NCBI RefSeq assembly: GCF_001457615.1
Contig: NZ_LN831024.1
Location: 3,990,001-4,022,000, forward strand
DNA: 32,000 bases
Source: Pseudomonas aeruginosa
GTDB taxonomy: Bacteria; Pseudomonadota; Gammaproteobacteria; Pseudomonadales; Pseudomonadaceae
Direction of reading: 5' to 3'
In this document: positions 9,334-18,760 of the stretch, piece after piece
Numbering within the stretch: the stretch's first letter is position 1
How the letters are laid out: every line of letters begins with the position of its first letter
Position numbers and translations under genes: made by a program
Notes under the pieces: generated by a model
The model's input: only the letters and a program-made list of their open reading frames with translations
What the model was told of the DNA's origin: nothing
Databases searched by the model: none

Positions 9334-10813
9334 CTGGACACCGGTTCGGTTTCCATGGAGACCTCTTGCTCAGGCCGCACGCCCCCAGGCAGGTAGCCGG
9401 GTATGTTCCTGGCCGCATCCCTGAATGCGGCCCAGCCATGACGTCGCGTCAGCAACTCGCGGGCGCGTTTCACCCGTCTCGCCGTCTCCCCGGGATTGCC
9501 CAGCGCACTCCTGATTGCCCTTGCGAACTCGCCGGCATCGGCGTCAGCGCCGACCAGATAGCCCGTTTCGGTATTCAGGAACTCAGCGATACCCCGACGT
9601 CGGGGGCGACTATGGGCAGCCCTGCAGCAGTGGCTTCGAGCAGGATGTTCGGCAAGCCGTCATAGCGAGAGGTATACAGCAACATCGCATATCGCCCCTG
9701 CCGAGCCAGGGCCTGGAAGGAGTCGTAACGCCCATGAAGCCTGACATTCGGCAGGCGTCGCAGCTTCCTCTGGGTTTCTCCCCTGCAAGCAGGATCGACC
9801 TCGCCGTGGACTTCGAACAGGTATTCGGGAAGCGCCAGGGCAATCTCGTAGAGCAGGTCCGGCCTTTTCTGCGGCGAGATACGGCTGGCCCAAAGAATCG
9901 TCGAGCCTGCGGTCGGAATCGCCTCTGCATGGTCGCTGGCGGGAAAGTAGAGCCCATGCATGAGCTCCGGCGGAATGCCGTCCCGCTCGTGAATCTGTTG
10001 GAGGAAGGTCCGGTTATCCGAAAGCAGGCCCGCCAGGTGCATCCAGGACCGTGGGAGGAACTCGCTGGCATAGCCGCAGCGAACCGCATTGCCGTCCAGG
10101 TCGTCGCAAAAGACGCTGGCGTAAATCCGCTTACCCTCGAACGTCAACGTCTTGCCATGCCGCTCGAGCAGTTCCCAGGCCAGTTGCGAGTTGATGATGT
10201 GGATACTCCTGGCAGGACATTGCAGCAAAAGGCGCAGCAGTACCAGGCGCCGGTCCTCCTCGCCAAGCAGATTGCCCAGGCGTCCGAACTCCACCACCCG
10301 AACCTCCGCCGGAAGCCGGTTGAGCCAGGGAGACACCACATCCCGCGTGACCACTACCGTCACCTTCACGCCCATCTCGGCGCATAACCGCACATGATGC
10401 AGGATTCCCAGGTCAGCGCCACCACGCTGCAAATGCGGGACGAGGAAGACCATATCCGGCGCATATTCGATGAAGTCCGCCAGACATCCCCGGTACAGTT
10501 GCGCCGGTCCGTTATCTATCGGGGCCTTCCAGGAAGTGTAAACGCGCAGCTTCGCCGCCGTGGGATACAGGGCAGGCTCGATCCGGGCCAACGCCTTCAT
10601 TTCGTCGACTATCCATGGCGGCAGCGCCATCGGAGAGGGTGACGGTACGACGACTGCCTCCTTGAGCAACCAGCCCTTCAAACGGTCGCAGACCAGTATG
10701 AAGCGTTGTAGTTGGCGCTCGGAGAGCACCCGCCGCAACGATCCAAGAATAGGTGGATAGGCTGTGCGAGCGAAGCTGGCCGCACGAGCTTTCAGTCTGC
10801 CGTTCAGGCTCAT
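9330..10813 (-). pseudogene. GT4-family glycosyltransferase with an apparent 1-nt deletion at the G4 run 9592-9595
   Basis: ORF 9575..10813 has GT4 features (FLVPHLQRGGADLGILHHV, ILWASRISPQKRPDLLYEIAL, YTSRYDGLPNILLEATAAGLPIVAPDVG) then breaks. Adding one G gives VAPDVGGIAEFLNTETGYLVGADADAGEFARAIRSALGNPGETARR... ending at TGA 9332-9330, which overlaps the next GTG start. Confidence 0.85.
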
Positions 10814-10909
10814 CAGGAAAGTTCCACTTGGTAGAAGTGCTGGATGCTCGGCTCATCGATGCGGGGCTGCCGCGGCAGGCATGTGCCTCCCCGGCCCCAG
10901 AGAAGCCGG

Positions 10910-11638
10910 CTAGTGATCGAAACACCGTCCATCGAAGAATCGTCCGGGGCGAACCACTGCGTTCAGCGCGCCCATGGCGGCCAGCATCGATGCTTCCTTG
11001 CGGCGATAGAACAGGCAGGTGCCGCTAGCCAGGGTGTGCTTCCGACCGGACGCAATCACCTCGAGATTCCAATGCCAATCTTCATAACCGAAGCCGGATT
11101 TCCCGACTCGGGTCTCCAGGTATGGAAGCTCCTGGAATACGGCTTTCTCGGCTACGACAACGGAAACCCATGGGTGATGCTTGAAGCAACTTTCCACGGG
11201 ATAGTCTTCGCTCAGTTGATCTACCGAACGCCCCAGCAAATGGCAGGCTCCATGGCTCACCGTGTACTCGGGATGGACCACGACGCCATTGCCCTTCTCG
11301 GATACCACCTGCAGGGCTTCGACCAACCAGTTCGCCGAGCAGTAGTCGTCGCCATCCAACACCCCCACCGTGGACGCATCCGCGCTATCGATCCCGGCGT
11401 TCCGGGAAAGCCCGAGATCACCATGCTCGACCTGAAGGACCTTGTCGCCCTCGCGCAGGACCGGATGCTGCCTGACGATTCGCCGAGTCGTTTGCGAGGC
11501 GCGGTCGAGCACCGCCACCAACTGCACGGAAACCCCATGGTGCGACGCGAATTCACGCATGCGTTGAAAACCCAGCAGGCTCCAATGCGCCAGCACGTCT
11601 TCCGCATGGAAATTCATGATTAAACTGATATCCGGCAT
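10910..11638 (-). CDS. GT2/GT-A-like glycosyltransferase, possibly with a disturbed 3' end
   Basis: MPDISLIMNFHAEDVLAHWSLLGFQRM, GDLGLSRNAGIDSADASTVGVLDGDDYCSANWLVEAL, FGYEDWHWNLEVIA. ATG 11638 taken as start inside ORF 10910..11683. Confidence 0.82.
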   Translation of the reverse strand: MPDISLIMNFHAEDVLAHWSLLGFQRMREFASHHGVSVQLVAVLDRASQTTRRIVRQHPVLREGDKVLQVEHGDLGLSRNAGIDSADASTVGVLDGDDYCSANWLVEALQVVSEKGNGVVVHPEYTVSHGACHLLGRSVDQLSEDYPVESCFKHHPWVSVVVAEKAVFQELPYLETRVGKSGFGYEDWHWNLEVIASGRKHTLASGTCLFYRRKEASMLAAMGALNAVVRPGRFFDGRCFDH

Positions 11639-11654
11639 AAGGGTTCTCCCGGTT

Positions 11655-13361
11655 CTACAAGACGTAGTGGAATCGCTCGGCAACGTCGCAGACTATGTTG
11701 GCAACCAGCTCCTGCTCGTCCGGCGCCAGCCCCTTGCTCCATGCCACAGGCTCGTCGAAAGGCAAGGGGCGGTTGTTTCGCAGAGCGGCCAAGGTCGTTT
11801 GCGGCGCCTCGACGAAGTCCTCGCAGCGCAACAACTGGACGTAATCCCCGGCGTCCTCCAGTTGCAGTGCCAGGTAACGCCACCACAGAGCACGCCGGAC
11901 AGCTAGGTGGTCGGTATCGGCAATGGCCAGCAGTGCCTTGCGCTGCCATCCCGTGAGGGCCAGGTCATCGGGACATCCGAACGGCTGGCGTTCGACGGCA
12001 GCCTGGCGCAGGTGCTCGAAGGTGTTCGCCCAGGAGTTCAGGGTGTCGTAGGGATGACGGATGGTTGCGATCAGCAACGCCGTCGGCATGACCTTGCGGA
12101 TCAGGGGCAGCCGGGCGATATAGGCAAGCGTGTTCTTCGTTCCCAGGTGAAACGAAGCCCCCCGCACCTCAGCGAAATAGTCGCTGGACTGATCGTTGCC
12201 CCTGGCAGTGTCGTCGACCAGGCGGCCATTCACATGCTTGTTCGGCACGGGCCTGCCCGCCAGGATGTCGCGACGTAACTCTGCGTAGTAGCGTGGCAGT
12301 CCCCAAGGAAGAGGCGAGAGTTTCAGCGCTTCGAATACCTGAGGAGGTTCATTGAGCACCACGGTGTCGGGCTGCTGGGAGAGCAGACGGCATAGATGGC
12401 TGGTTCCGCTCCGGGGAATCCCGGTGATCACCAGGTCCTGTCCGGCCTCGACAGTGCCGGTGGAATCACCTTCCGAGAAAGCCAGCCGAGGCGCAGGAGC
12501 CAGGATTGCTTTCTTCCAGTTGGCATCCAGCGCAAGCACTTCGCGCAGCTCAGGGAAACGCTTGGCCAGTTCGTCCAGTTCGGCCCATAGCGAACGCTCG
12601 CGGACAAGTGTGTCGAGAGAATGGTAGTGGCAGAAGAAGGGCGGTAGGGACGCAGCGGATAGCGGCTTGATATGAAGCGGATAATTGAACCGTTCGCTGA
12701 GCGCTCTCGTCTTGTAGTTCAACGCGTGCAGAGCGACGGGTAGCGTCAGCTGGTCCAGCCAGGGCATCTTGTTGGTGATCAGCGGGTCCGCATGGACGCG
12801 TTCGGCGAGCCTGTACCAGACTTCGGCGAAACGCCTGGCATCACGTACCAGGATAAAGCCAGCGTTATAGTACGCAGGCATCGCTTCCCCGGAACAAGTG
12901 GTCACTACCCGATCTCCAGGCAATGCCGATCCCGCATGGGCGTATATGCGTTGCCAGTAATCGTTCTGTTTTGCCACCAATGCCATATCGGCAGGTTTGA
13001 GTGCCGCGTCGAAACGACAAAGCATGTCAGCTTCGAATGCATCGACACAGATCATGTCACTGTCGAGAAACAACGTATGCCCAACAGCCGGCCCCAGCGC
13101 CAACGCCGCGAACTTGTTGCCTATTGGATACTCTGGCCCGAAAGGACTATCCATAGGCAAAAGAGGAATGCCCAAACGTTCATATAAGCGTCGGGATGCA
13201 TCGCTTGGCACACCCCAGTCAGCCTTTCCCGATGGACATGCGGCAATGATATCCATGGAAAAGCCAAAGCGTTTGCGTAGAGAAGCCGCCAACACGGCAG
13301 ACTTGATTTCCAACTCGCCGGCGTGGACGACGAATACCATGGTCAAAGACGATGACATCAT
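11655..13361 (-). CDS. bifunctional protein: N-terminal GT-A-like glycosyltransferase fused to C-terminal sulfotransferase
   Basis: N-part: MMSSSLTMVFVVHAGELEIKSAVLAASLRKRFG...HTLFLDSDMICVD (DxD), YYNAGFILVR. C-part from about 12431: LVITGIPRSGTSHLCRLLSQQPDTVVLNEP ... LLIATIRHPYDTLNSWA. ATG 13361 overlaps the ABC ATPase stop (ATGA). Confidence 0.85.
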   Translation of the reverse strand: MMSSSLTMVFVVHAGELEIKSAVLAASLRKRFGFSMDIIAACPSGKADWGVPSDASRRLYERLGIPLLPMDSPFGPEYPIGNKFAALALGPAVGHTLFLDSDMICVDAFEADMLCRFDAALKPADMALVAKQNDYWQRIYAHAGSALPGDRVVTTCSGEAMPAYYNAGFILVRDARRFAEVWYRLAERVHADPLITNKMPWLDQLTLPVALHALNYKTRALSERFNYPLHIKPLSAASLPPFFCHYHSLDTLVRERSLWAELDELAKRFPELREVLALDANWKKAILAPAPRLAFSEGDSTGTVEAGQDLVITGIPRSGTSHLCRLLSQQPDTVVLNEPPQVFEALKLSPLPWGLPRYYAELRRDILAGRPVPNKHVNGRLVDDTARGNDQSSDYFAEVRGASFHLGTKNTLAYIARLPLIRKVMPTALLIATIRHPYDTLNSWANTFEHLRQAAVERQPFGCPDDLALTGWQRKALLAIADTDHLAVRRALWWRYLALQLEDAGDYVQLLRCEDFVEAPQTTLAALRNNRPLPFDEPVAWSKGLAPDEQELVANIVCDVAERFHYVL

Positions 13362-14635
13362 TGGGTAGCCCGGGTCTCGCAGCAGAACGAAACCGGCTCG
13401 AATGCCCCATGCAGATTCACCACTGCATCGAAGCACTTGGGCGAATTGAAGACCCTGAATATCGCCGCATTGACCTGTTTATCCATGAGTTCGCAAACGG
13501 ACTCCGACAAAGAGTTCTCCAGACGAAACGTCAAGGCGTATTCGCCGGCCTGCAAGTCGCAGTCGAAGCTGATGCGTATTCTCAAGCGCCCGTCAGGCTC
13601 GACATTCAAAGCCTTGCCCAGCAATAAATTGTTTATGCCATAGAGGTTGTAACCGCGCTGGTCACGGATAGTCAGGGTGATCTTTGGGTGCTCCGGGACG
13701 GGTAGGTCAAATTGCACAAGTACCTCGACCCAGACACGTTCGCCCGAATCGAAGTAATCCCGGGCTTCGTCAAGTACGCCCATGCGGATGGATAGAAACC
13801 TGCCCTGCCCATTTCCATATGCAATTACCGAGTTCCCGTGTTCGCCAGAAGCGATCAGGCTTCCTGAGCGGACTTCCGCCCGCTGTGTCTCTATACTGTC
13901 CCGCAGATAGAGTTCCGTGGCTGTTTCACAGTCGCCATCGAATATCACTCTACCTTTGGATAGATAGATCGCTCGACTACAGTAACTCTTGATCAACTGT
14001 ATATCGTGGGAGACCAGCAGGATGGTGATGCCTTTCAGCAGCAGTTCTTCAAGCCGGTTCAGGCATTTGAACTGAAACGCGGCGTCACCTACCGCCAGGG
14101 CCTCGTCCACGATCAGCACATCGGCATCGACATATGCCGCAATGGAGAAAGCCAAACGCACGAACATACCGCTCGAATATGTTCGAACCGGACGATCGAT
14201 GAACTCACCGATATCGGCAAACTGGATTATCTCGTCGAGGCGTTCAGAAATTTCCTGCTCGCCCAGTCCAAGAAGCATGGCATTGAAGATTATGTTTTCC
14301 CTGCCGGTGTACTCCATGTTGAAACCGGCCCCCAGCTCCAACAGTGCCGCTACCCTTTCTGGGCGAACCACCTGCCCACTCGTAGGTCGCAAGGTACCCG
14401 CAAGTATCTGCAGCAAGGTGGACTTCCCGGAGCCGTTGCAGCCGATTACTCCAACCACCTCCCCAGGAAAAACCTGGAAACTCACATTCCGCAGAGCCCA
14501 GAATTCCGAATAAAACTTCTTTCTCTCACCCCAGATGGCCTGCAACATCCTTTGATGAGGAGCCCTGTAGACTCTAAAACCCTTGCTTATATCTACGGCC
14601 GCAAGTACCGGCGCATTACCATTCATACAACTCAC
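13358..14635 (-). CDS. ABC transporter ATPase of the polysaccharide/teichoic-acid export type (Wzt-like) with C-terminal extension resembling a Wzt carbohydrate-binding domain
   Basis: VIGCNGSGKSTLLQILAGTL, MLLGLGEQEISERLDEIIQFADIGEFIDRPVRTYSSGMFVRLAFSIAAYVDADVLIVDEALAVGDAAFQFKCLNRL, then ~180-aa beta-rich C-terminus. Confidence 0.93.
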   Translation of the reverse strand: MSCMNGNAPVLAAVDISKGFRVYRAPHQRMLQAIWGERKKFYSEFWALRNVSFQVFPGEVVGVIGCNGSGKSTLLQILAGTLRPTSGQVVRPERVAALLELGAGFNMEYTGRENIIFNAMLLGLGEQEISERLDEIIQFADIGEFIDRPVRTYSSGMFVRLAFSIAAYVDADVLIVDEALAVGDAAFQFKCLNRLEELLLKGITILLVSHDIQLIKSYCSRAIYLSKGRVIFDGDCETATELYLRDSIETQRAEVRSGSLIASGEHGNSVIAYGNGQGRFLSIRMGVLDEARDYFDSGERVWVEVLVQFDLPVPEHPKITLTIRDQRGYNLYGINNLLLGKALNVEPDGRLRIRISFDCDLQAGEYALTFRLENSLSESVCELMDKQVNAAIFRVFNSPKCFDAVVNLHGAFEPVSFCCETRATQ

Positions 14636-14645
14636 AGCGAGATCC

Positions 14646-15797
14646 CTACAACGCAGAAAGCATCGTATTGTTTATCCTGAAAACGTCATAGCGCTGTTCC
14701 GCCAACGATCTACTGGCTTCTCCCATACGTGCGATGAGCGAAGGCGACTCGATGAACTTCAACATTGCCGCGGCTAAACTCTGCGGACTCTTGATCGGTA
14801 CCAGAAACCCATTGACACCATCCAGTACCGTTTCACGACATCCCGTCCAGTCAGTCGTTATCACAGGCTTCCCCAGGGACATGGCCTCCTGACTACTTCT
14901 CGGCACACCTTCTCTATAATAGGATGGCAGCACGAATACACTCGTATTGGCCACCCATGCCTTGATGTCATGCACATGGCCAGGCCACTCCAACAAGCCT
15001 TCGACTACCCACTGGTTCATTTCCTCCCGTGACACCCTTCCTGGATTACTGTCGACGCCTCCCAAGACCAGAAAACGCGCGAGCGGACTGCGTTTTCTAA
15101 CGATTCTCGCGGCTTCCACAAAATCATAGATACCTTTCTCCTTGAGAAGACGAGCGACAAACACGAAAGTAATAGGCCGCAACACGGGAGAACTCGCGGC
15201 AAAATAATCAAGATCGACGCCTATACCCGGCAATATCAAGGCACGTCCCGTCTTGGCCAGCCGAGGGCTCACAAACAGATCGTAGTCATCCTGGTTGAGC
15301 AGAAATACACGAGACGAGAACCGAAGGACCAACCTGATCGAACAGGTCACGACATGCCTAAGCAGCTTCCGTAGAAAATGGGTATAGCCTTCTTCCGAAT
15401 AGATGAAACCAGCGCCTTCGATCATCGAATAGCGTAATCTGACACCCGTCAAAAAAGCCGCGATACCACCGTAGATAACGGGCTTTATAAAGTAACTGAA
15501 CACGGCATCGATCTTCAGCGCCCGCAGCTTGCAGATCAGACTCAGGAGTGCGTGCAACTCCTGAAAGGGATTCATGCCCGCACGTTTCAAGCTGTAGGAA
15601 ACCGGAATTGCTCCAAGCTCCGAAACTTGACGGCTTGTCACCTCGTCATAGTCTGGAGCGAAAGCGTAGACCTTCGCTCCTCGACGTACGACCTCTCGAA
15701 TGAAATCGCCACGAAAATTGTAGATTGAAAAAGCCTGATTGGAGATCAGCGCAAGGTTGCTAAAAGGCAACCCATCGACAACAGCGGCGTGATTCAT
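14646..15797 (-). CDS. GT4-family glycosyltransferase
   Basis: From MNHAAVVDGLPFSNLALISNQAFSIYNFRGDFIREVVRRGAKVYAFAPDYD; FVFVARLLKEKGIYDFVEAARIV, FVLPSYYREGVPRSSQEAMSLGKPVITTDWTGCRETV. ATG 15797 overlaps the galE stop (ATGA). Confidence 0.92.
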   Translation of the reverse strand: MNHAAVVDGLPFSNLALISNQAFSIYNFRGDFIREVVRRGAKVYAFAPDYDEVTSRQVSELGAIPVSYSLKRAGMNPFQELHALLSLICKLRALKIDAVFSYFIKPVIYGGIAAFLTGVRLRYSMIEGAGFIYSEEGYTHFLRKLLRHVVTCSIRLVLRFSSRVFLLNQDDYDLFVSPRLAKTGRALILPGIGVDLDYFAASSPVLRPITFVFVARLLKEKGIYDFVEAARIVRKRSPLARFLVLGGVDSNPGRVSREEMNQWVVEGLLEWPGHVHDIKAWVANTSVFVLPSYYREGVPRSSQEAMSLGKPVITTDWTGCRETVLDGVNGFLVPIKSPQSLAAAMLKFIESPSLIARMGEASRSLAEQRYDVFRINNTMLSAL

Positions 15798-16807
15798 GAA
15801 TACCCACTCGGATTGGAAACCTGCCAGCGCCAGGCATCCGCAATCATGCATTCGAGGCCCAGCCCCGCCTTCCAGCCCAACTCTCGCTCCGCCTTGGAAA
15901 CATCCGCCCAGCACTCGGCCACATCGCCTGGGCGGCGACCGGACACCGTAAAGGGAATGCGCCTGCCAGAGACTCGCTCGAAAGCTTCGATGACCTGCAA
16001 GACCGAATAGCCGGTGCCCGTCCCAAGATTCCAGACGTGGTAGCCGTGCCCCTGCCCCAGGTATTCGAGCGCCTTGGTATGTCCTGCTGCCAGGTCGCAA
16101 ACATGGATGTAGTCCCGGACTCCCGTCCCGTCGATAGTCGGATAGTCGCCGCCATGTACCGTCAACCGACTCAAACGTCCGACTGCAACCTGGGCGATAT
16201 AGGGCAGAAGATTGTTTGGGGTACCGCATGGGTCCTCACCGATGAGGCCGCTTTCATGAGCACCGATGGGATTGAAGTATCTGAGCACCGCGATGGACCA
16301 ACGCGCATCGGAGCGAGCCAGGTCATCGAGCATGTGCTCGGCAGTCAGTTTTGTCCGGCCATAGGGACTGGCCACGCCTCCCACTTTCGAACTCTCGGAT
16401 ATAGGCAAGGTGCCAGGCATCTGATAGATCGTTGCGGAAGAACTGAAGACAATCTTGAATACCCCGACCCTCTGCATGGCGCGTAGCAGCGAAATAGCTC
16501 CCTGAACGTTGCTCTCGTAATACTCCAGCGGGTCATCAACGCTTTCTCCAACAGCTTTCAACCCTGCCAGATGAATGACCGCATCAACCTTCTCATCGAT
16601 CAGCAGGCGCTCAACAAGAAGACTGTCTCTAACATCTCCCAGTACGAAGCCAACCGAATGCCCGGTTATTCTTTCCACTCGCTTTAGAGATTCCGAAGAA
16701 CCGTTGACAAGATTATCCAGAACCACAACCTTGGCGCCTTGGCCTAAGAGTTCGACCAACACATGAGAGCCAATGAATCCTGCACCTCCTGTGACCAATA
16801 CGCGCAT
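15794..16807 (-). CDS. galE: UDP-glucose 4-epimerase
   Basis: 337 aa; MRVLVTGGAGFIGSHVLVELLGQG, SSSATIYQMPGTLPISE, SPYGRTKLTAEHML, RYFNPIGAHESGLIGEDP, GTGVRDYIHVCDLA. Confidence 0.95.
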   Translation of the reverse strand: MRVLVTGGAGFIGSHVLVELLGQGAKVVVLDNLVNGSSESLKRVERITGHSVGFVLGDVRDSLLVERLLIDEKVDAVIHLAGLKAVGESVDDPLEYYESNVQGAISLLRAMQRVGVFKIVFSSSATIYQMPGTLPISESSKVGGVASPYGRTKLTAEHMLDDLARSDARWSIAVLRYFNPIGAHESGLIGEDPCGTPNNLLPYIAQVAVGRLSRLTVHGGDYPTIDGTGVRDYIHVCDLAAGHTKALEYLGQGHGYHVWNLGTGTGYSVLQVIEAFERVSGRRIPFTVSGRRPGDVAECWADVSKAERELGWKAGLGLECMIADAWRWQVSNPSGYS

Positions 16808-16903
16808 CTCGCCTCACCTTGATACGTACAGAGCTGGGTTTTCAGGGGTAAGAACTCCCATCGAGCCCGTCTGTAACGCACTCTCTTTCTACTTACCCAG
16901 TGG

Positions 16904-16935
16904 AAAAGGAGGCGATCGAGAAGATCGCCTCCTTT
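16904..16935 (-). terminator. strong intrinsic-terminator-like hairpin downstream of the secreted-protein gene
   Basis: Perfect 13-bp stem AAAGGAGGCGATC / GATCGCCTCCTTT with 5-nt loop (16905-16917 and 16923-16935); on the minus strand the stem ends in a short TTTT, about 20 nt after the stop at 16955. Confidence 0.8.
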
Positions 16936-16954
16936 GGCCTGCAGCTAAAGTGAC

Positions 16955-18760
16955 TTAGTTGCGGTTGTTACCAGCCTTGTGGTTCTCCGAGGTGGACGAG
17001 CCATCTTCGTTGAAGTTGCCTTGGGTGGTGGAGGTCATGTTGGTGATGGTGCCATTGGCAGAGCGGATCAGGCCGAGCGCCTCGCAAGTTGGGAACTCGC
17101 CTTCCAGGACCAGACGTGCGCGACCGTTGGCACCGTTCCAGTTGGTACCGTCGATACCGAAGGCCTTGGCTACTTCGGTTACGGTGTACACACCGGTTTC
17201 GTGCGCTTTCAGGGCAGTCTTCCCACTCGAGTCGGTCAGGTAGGTGCTGCCAGTCGCCGGATAACGCTTACCGTTCTGGTCGAACAGTACCCCGCGCACC
17301 TTGCCGTCCCGACCATCGTCGCTGGTGTTGGTCAGACGAATGAAGAACTGGTCGGAAACATTGGAGCCAGGCAGATTGAACAGACTGGCGACGCAACTGT
17401 TCTTCCAGAACTCGTCGAGACGGTTGCCTGCAATGGTACGGTCGACATAGCGTACGTTCTCGAAGTCGACCTTCAGATCACCCACGTCGAAACGTTGCAG
17501 CGCCTGCATCGGCACGGTGCCGGAAGCCTTCACGCAGACGTTGTAGGTCTGGTTGATATTCGAGTTGTCGAACGATACCGGCAAAGTACCGTTGCCCTGC
17601 GCATCCACTACACCTTCGATGGCGGCAGAATTCCAGAGCTTGGCGGCAGACCCCGGATTGGCGGCAAAGGCGGAGCAGTTCCCGGTGGTCAGGCCGATGT
17701 CGCTGATCCCGTTGAAGTTACCCGACAGGGTGCTGGTCACCTTGTCGCCACCGGCGAAACCAAACACGGTTCGACCCGCCTCGTTGAGCACATCCGTATT
17801 GATGCCGAGCCGTACGGCGCCCAGACGCGCATAGTTGGCACCATAATAATCGGTGTTATCGCCACCGACGGACACCGAGGTATCGAAGGAGCGATCCTGA
17901 TTGTTCAGGTTCAACGGATGCAGGACGCGATTCTGCCCATACTGGTTGGTGTTGAGAACGTCCCAGTAAACCGCGGGCAGCGAAGTGAAAATGGTCAGGG
18001 GCGGTGCAGAGTCGTTATTCGCAGGGTTGCCGGCATCGGCGCCAGTGGTGGTATCGAACTGTGCGGAAACCGTGACCTGGAAACGCAATTCGTTCAGCGG
18101 GTCGTTTTGCAGGCTCACTTTCGGATTCCAGGATCCAGCCACGAAGGTGGCATCGCCCTGAAGCGGAGCGCGCATGTTGGTGACCTTGGCAGGCTGGCTG
18201 TCCTGGCTGCTCGGCTCGCGGAAGTTGAAGAACACCACGTTGCCGCCGGTCGCGGTCTGCTTGATCATGTCGGCACCCGCCTGGTCGAGGCGCAGCTCAA
18301 GCGTGTTGTCGGTGGCGCCAGTGCCGCTGGTGATGACGAAGCCGCTACCCGCAGCCAGGGCGCCGATCTTGATCTGGTTGGCGGTCACGGCCTTGGCGAA
18401 GCGCACGACGGTACGACCAAGGGTCAGCTTGATGGTGTGGCCCGCAGCGGCATTTCCAGCCTTCACTGGATCGATGGTGTAGGTAACGCTGGGCAGGTCA
18501 AAGGTAGTTTCTTCGGACTTGTTGCCGAAAATCTCCTGAGCCAGGGTGATGTTGGCCGCCTTGCTATCGAGGTTGGCACCATTTTCCACACTCTTGCCGA
18601 CGACATAGTTGGCCTGTCCTGGTCCGTACTGCTCGGTTGCACCAGGCGAGTTCGCCTCCAGAGTGGGGCTTGTGGCAATAGCAACCACTCCGGCAGCGTT
18701 CGCGACTCCAGCAAACAGTGCCGAAGCTACAGCGGCGCTGAGTAGTGTTCTTTTGAGCAT
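16955..18760 (-). CDS. secreted/surface protein of unknown family, ~601 aa with Sec-type signal peptide
   Basis: ATG 18760 preceded by AAGGAG; MLKRTLLSAAVASALFAGVANAAG signal peptide; Gly/Asn/Thr/Ala-rich mature region, 4 Cys, hydrophilic Ser/Thr/Asn tail NMTSTTQGNFNEDGSSTSENHKAGNNRN. Confidence 0.88.
   Translation of the reverse strand: MLKRTLLSAAVASALFAGVANAAGVVAIATSPTLEANSPGATEQYGPGQANYVVGKSVENGANLDSKAANITLAQEIFGNKSEETTFDLPSVTYTIDPVKAGNAAAGHTIKLTLGRTVVRFAKAVTANQIKIGALAAGSGFVITSGTGATDNTLELRLDQAGADMIKQTATGGNVVFFNFREPSSQDSQPAKVTNMRAPLQGDATFVAGSWNPKVSLQNDPLNELRFQVTVSAQFDTTTGADAGNPANNDSAPPLTIFTSLPAVYWDVLNTNQYGQNRVLHPLNLNNQDRSFDTSVSVGGDNTDYYGANYARLGAVRLGINTDVLNEAGRTVFGFAGGDKVTSTLSGNFNGISDIGLTTGNCSAFAANPGSAAKLWNSAAIEGVVDAQGNGTLPVSFDNSNINQTYNVCVKASGTVPMQALQRFDVGDLKVDFENVRYVDRTIAGNRLDEFWKNSCVASLFNLPGSNVSDQFFIRLTNTSDDGRDGKVRGVLFDQNGKRYPATGSTYLTDSSGKTALKAHETGVYTVTEVAKAFGIDGTNWNGANGRARLVLEGEFPTCEALGLIRSANGTITNMTSTTQGNFNEDGSSTSENHKAGNNRN

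Noticed and set aside
16979-18745. 588-aa plus-strand ORF opposite the secreted-protein gene
   Set aside because: Antisense shadow ORF with a low-complexity GC-driven composition; the opposite strand has SD, signal peptide and terminator.
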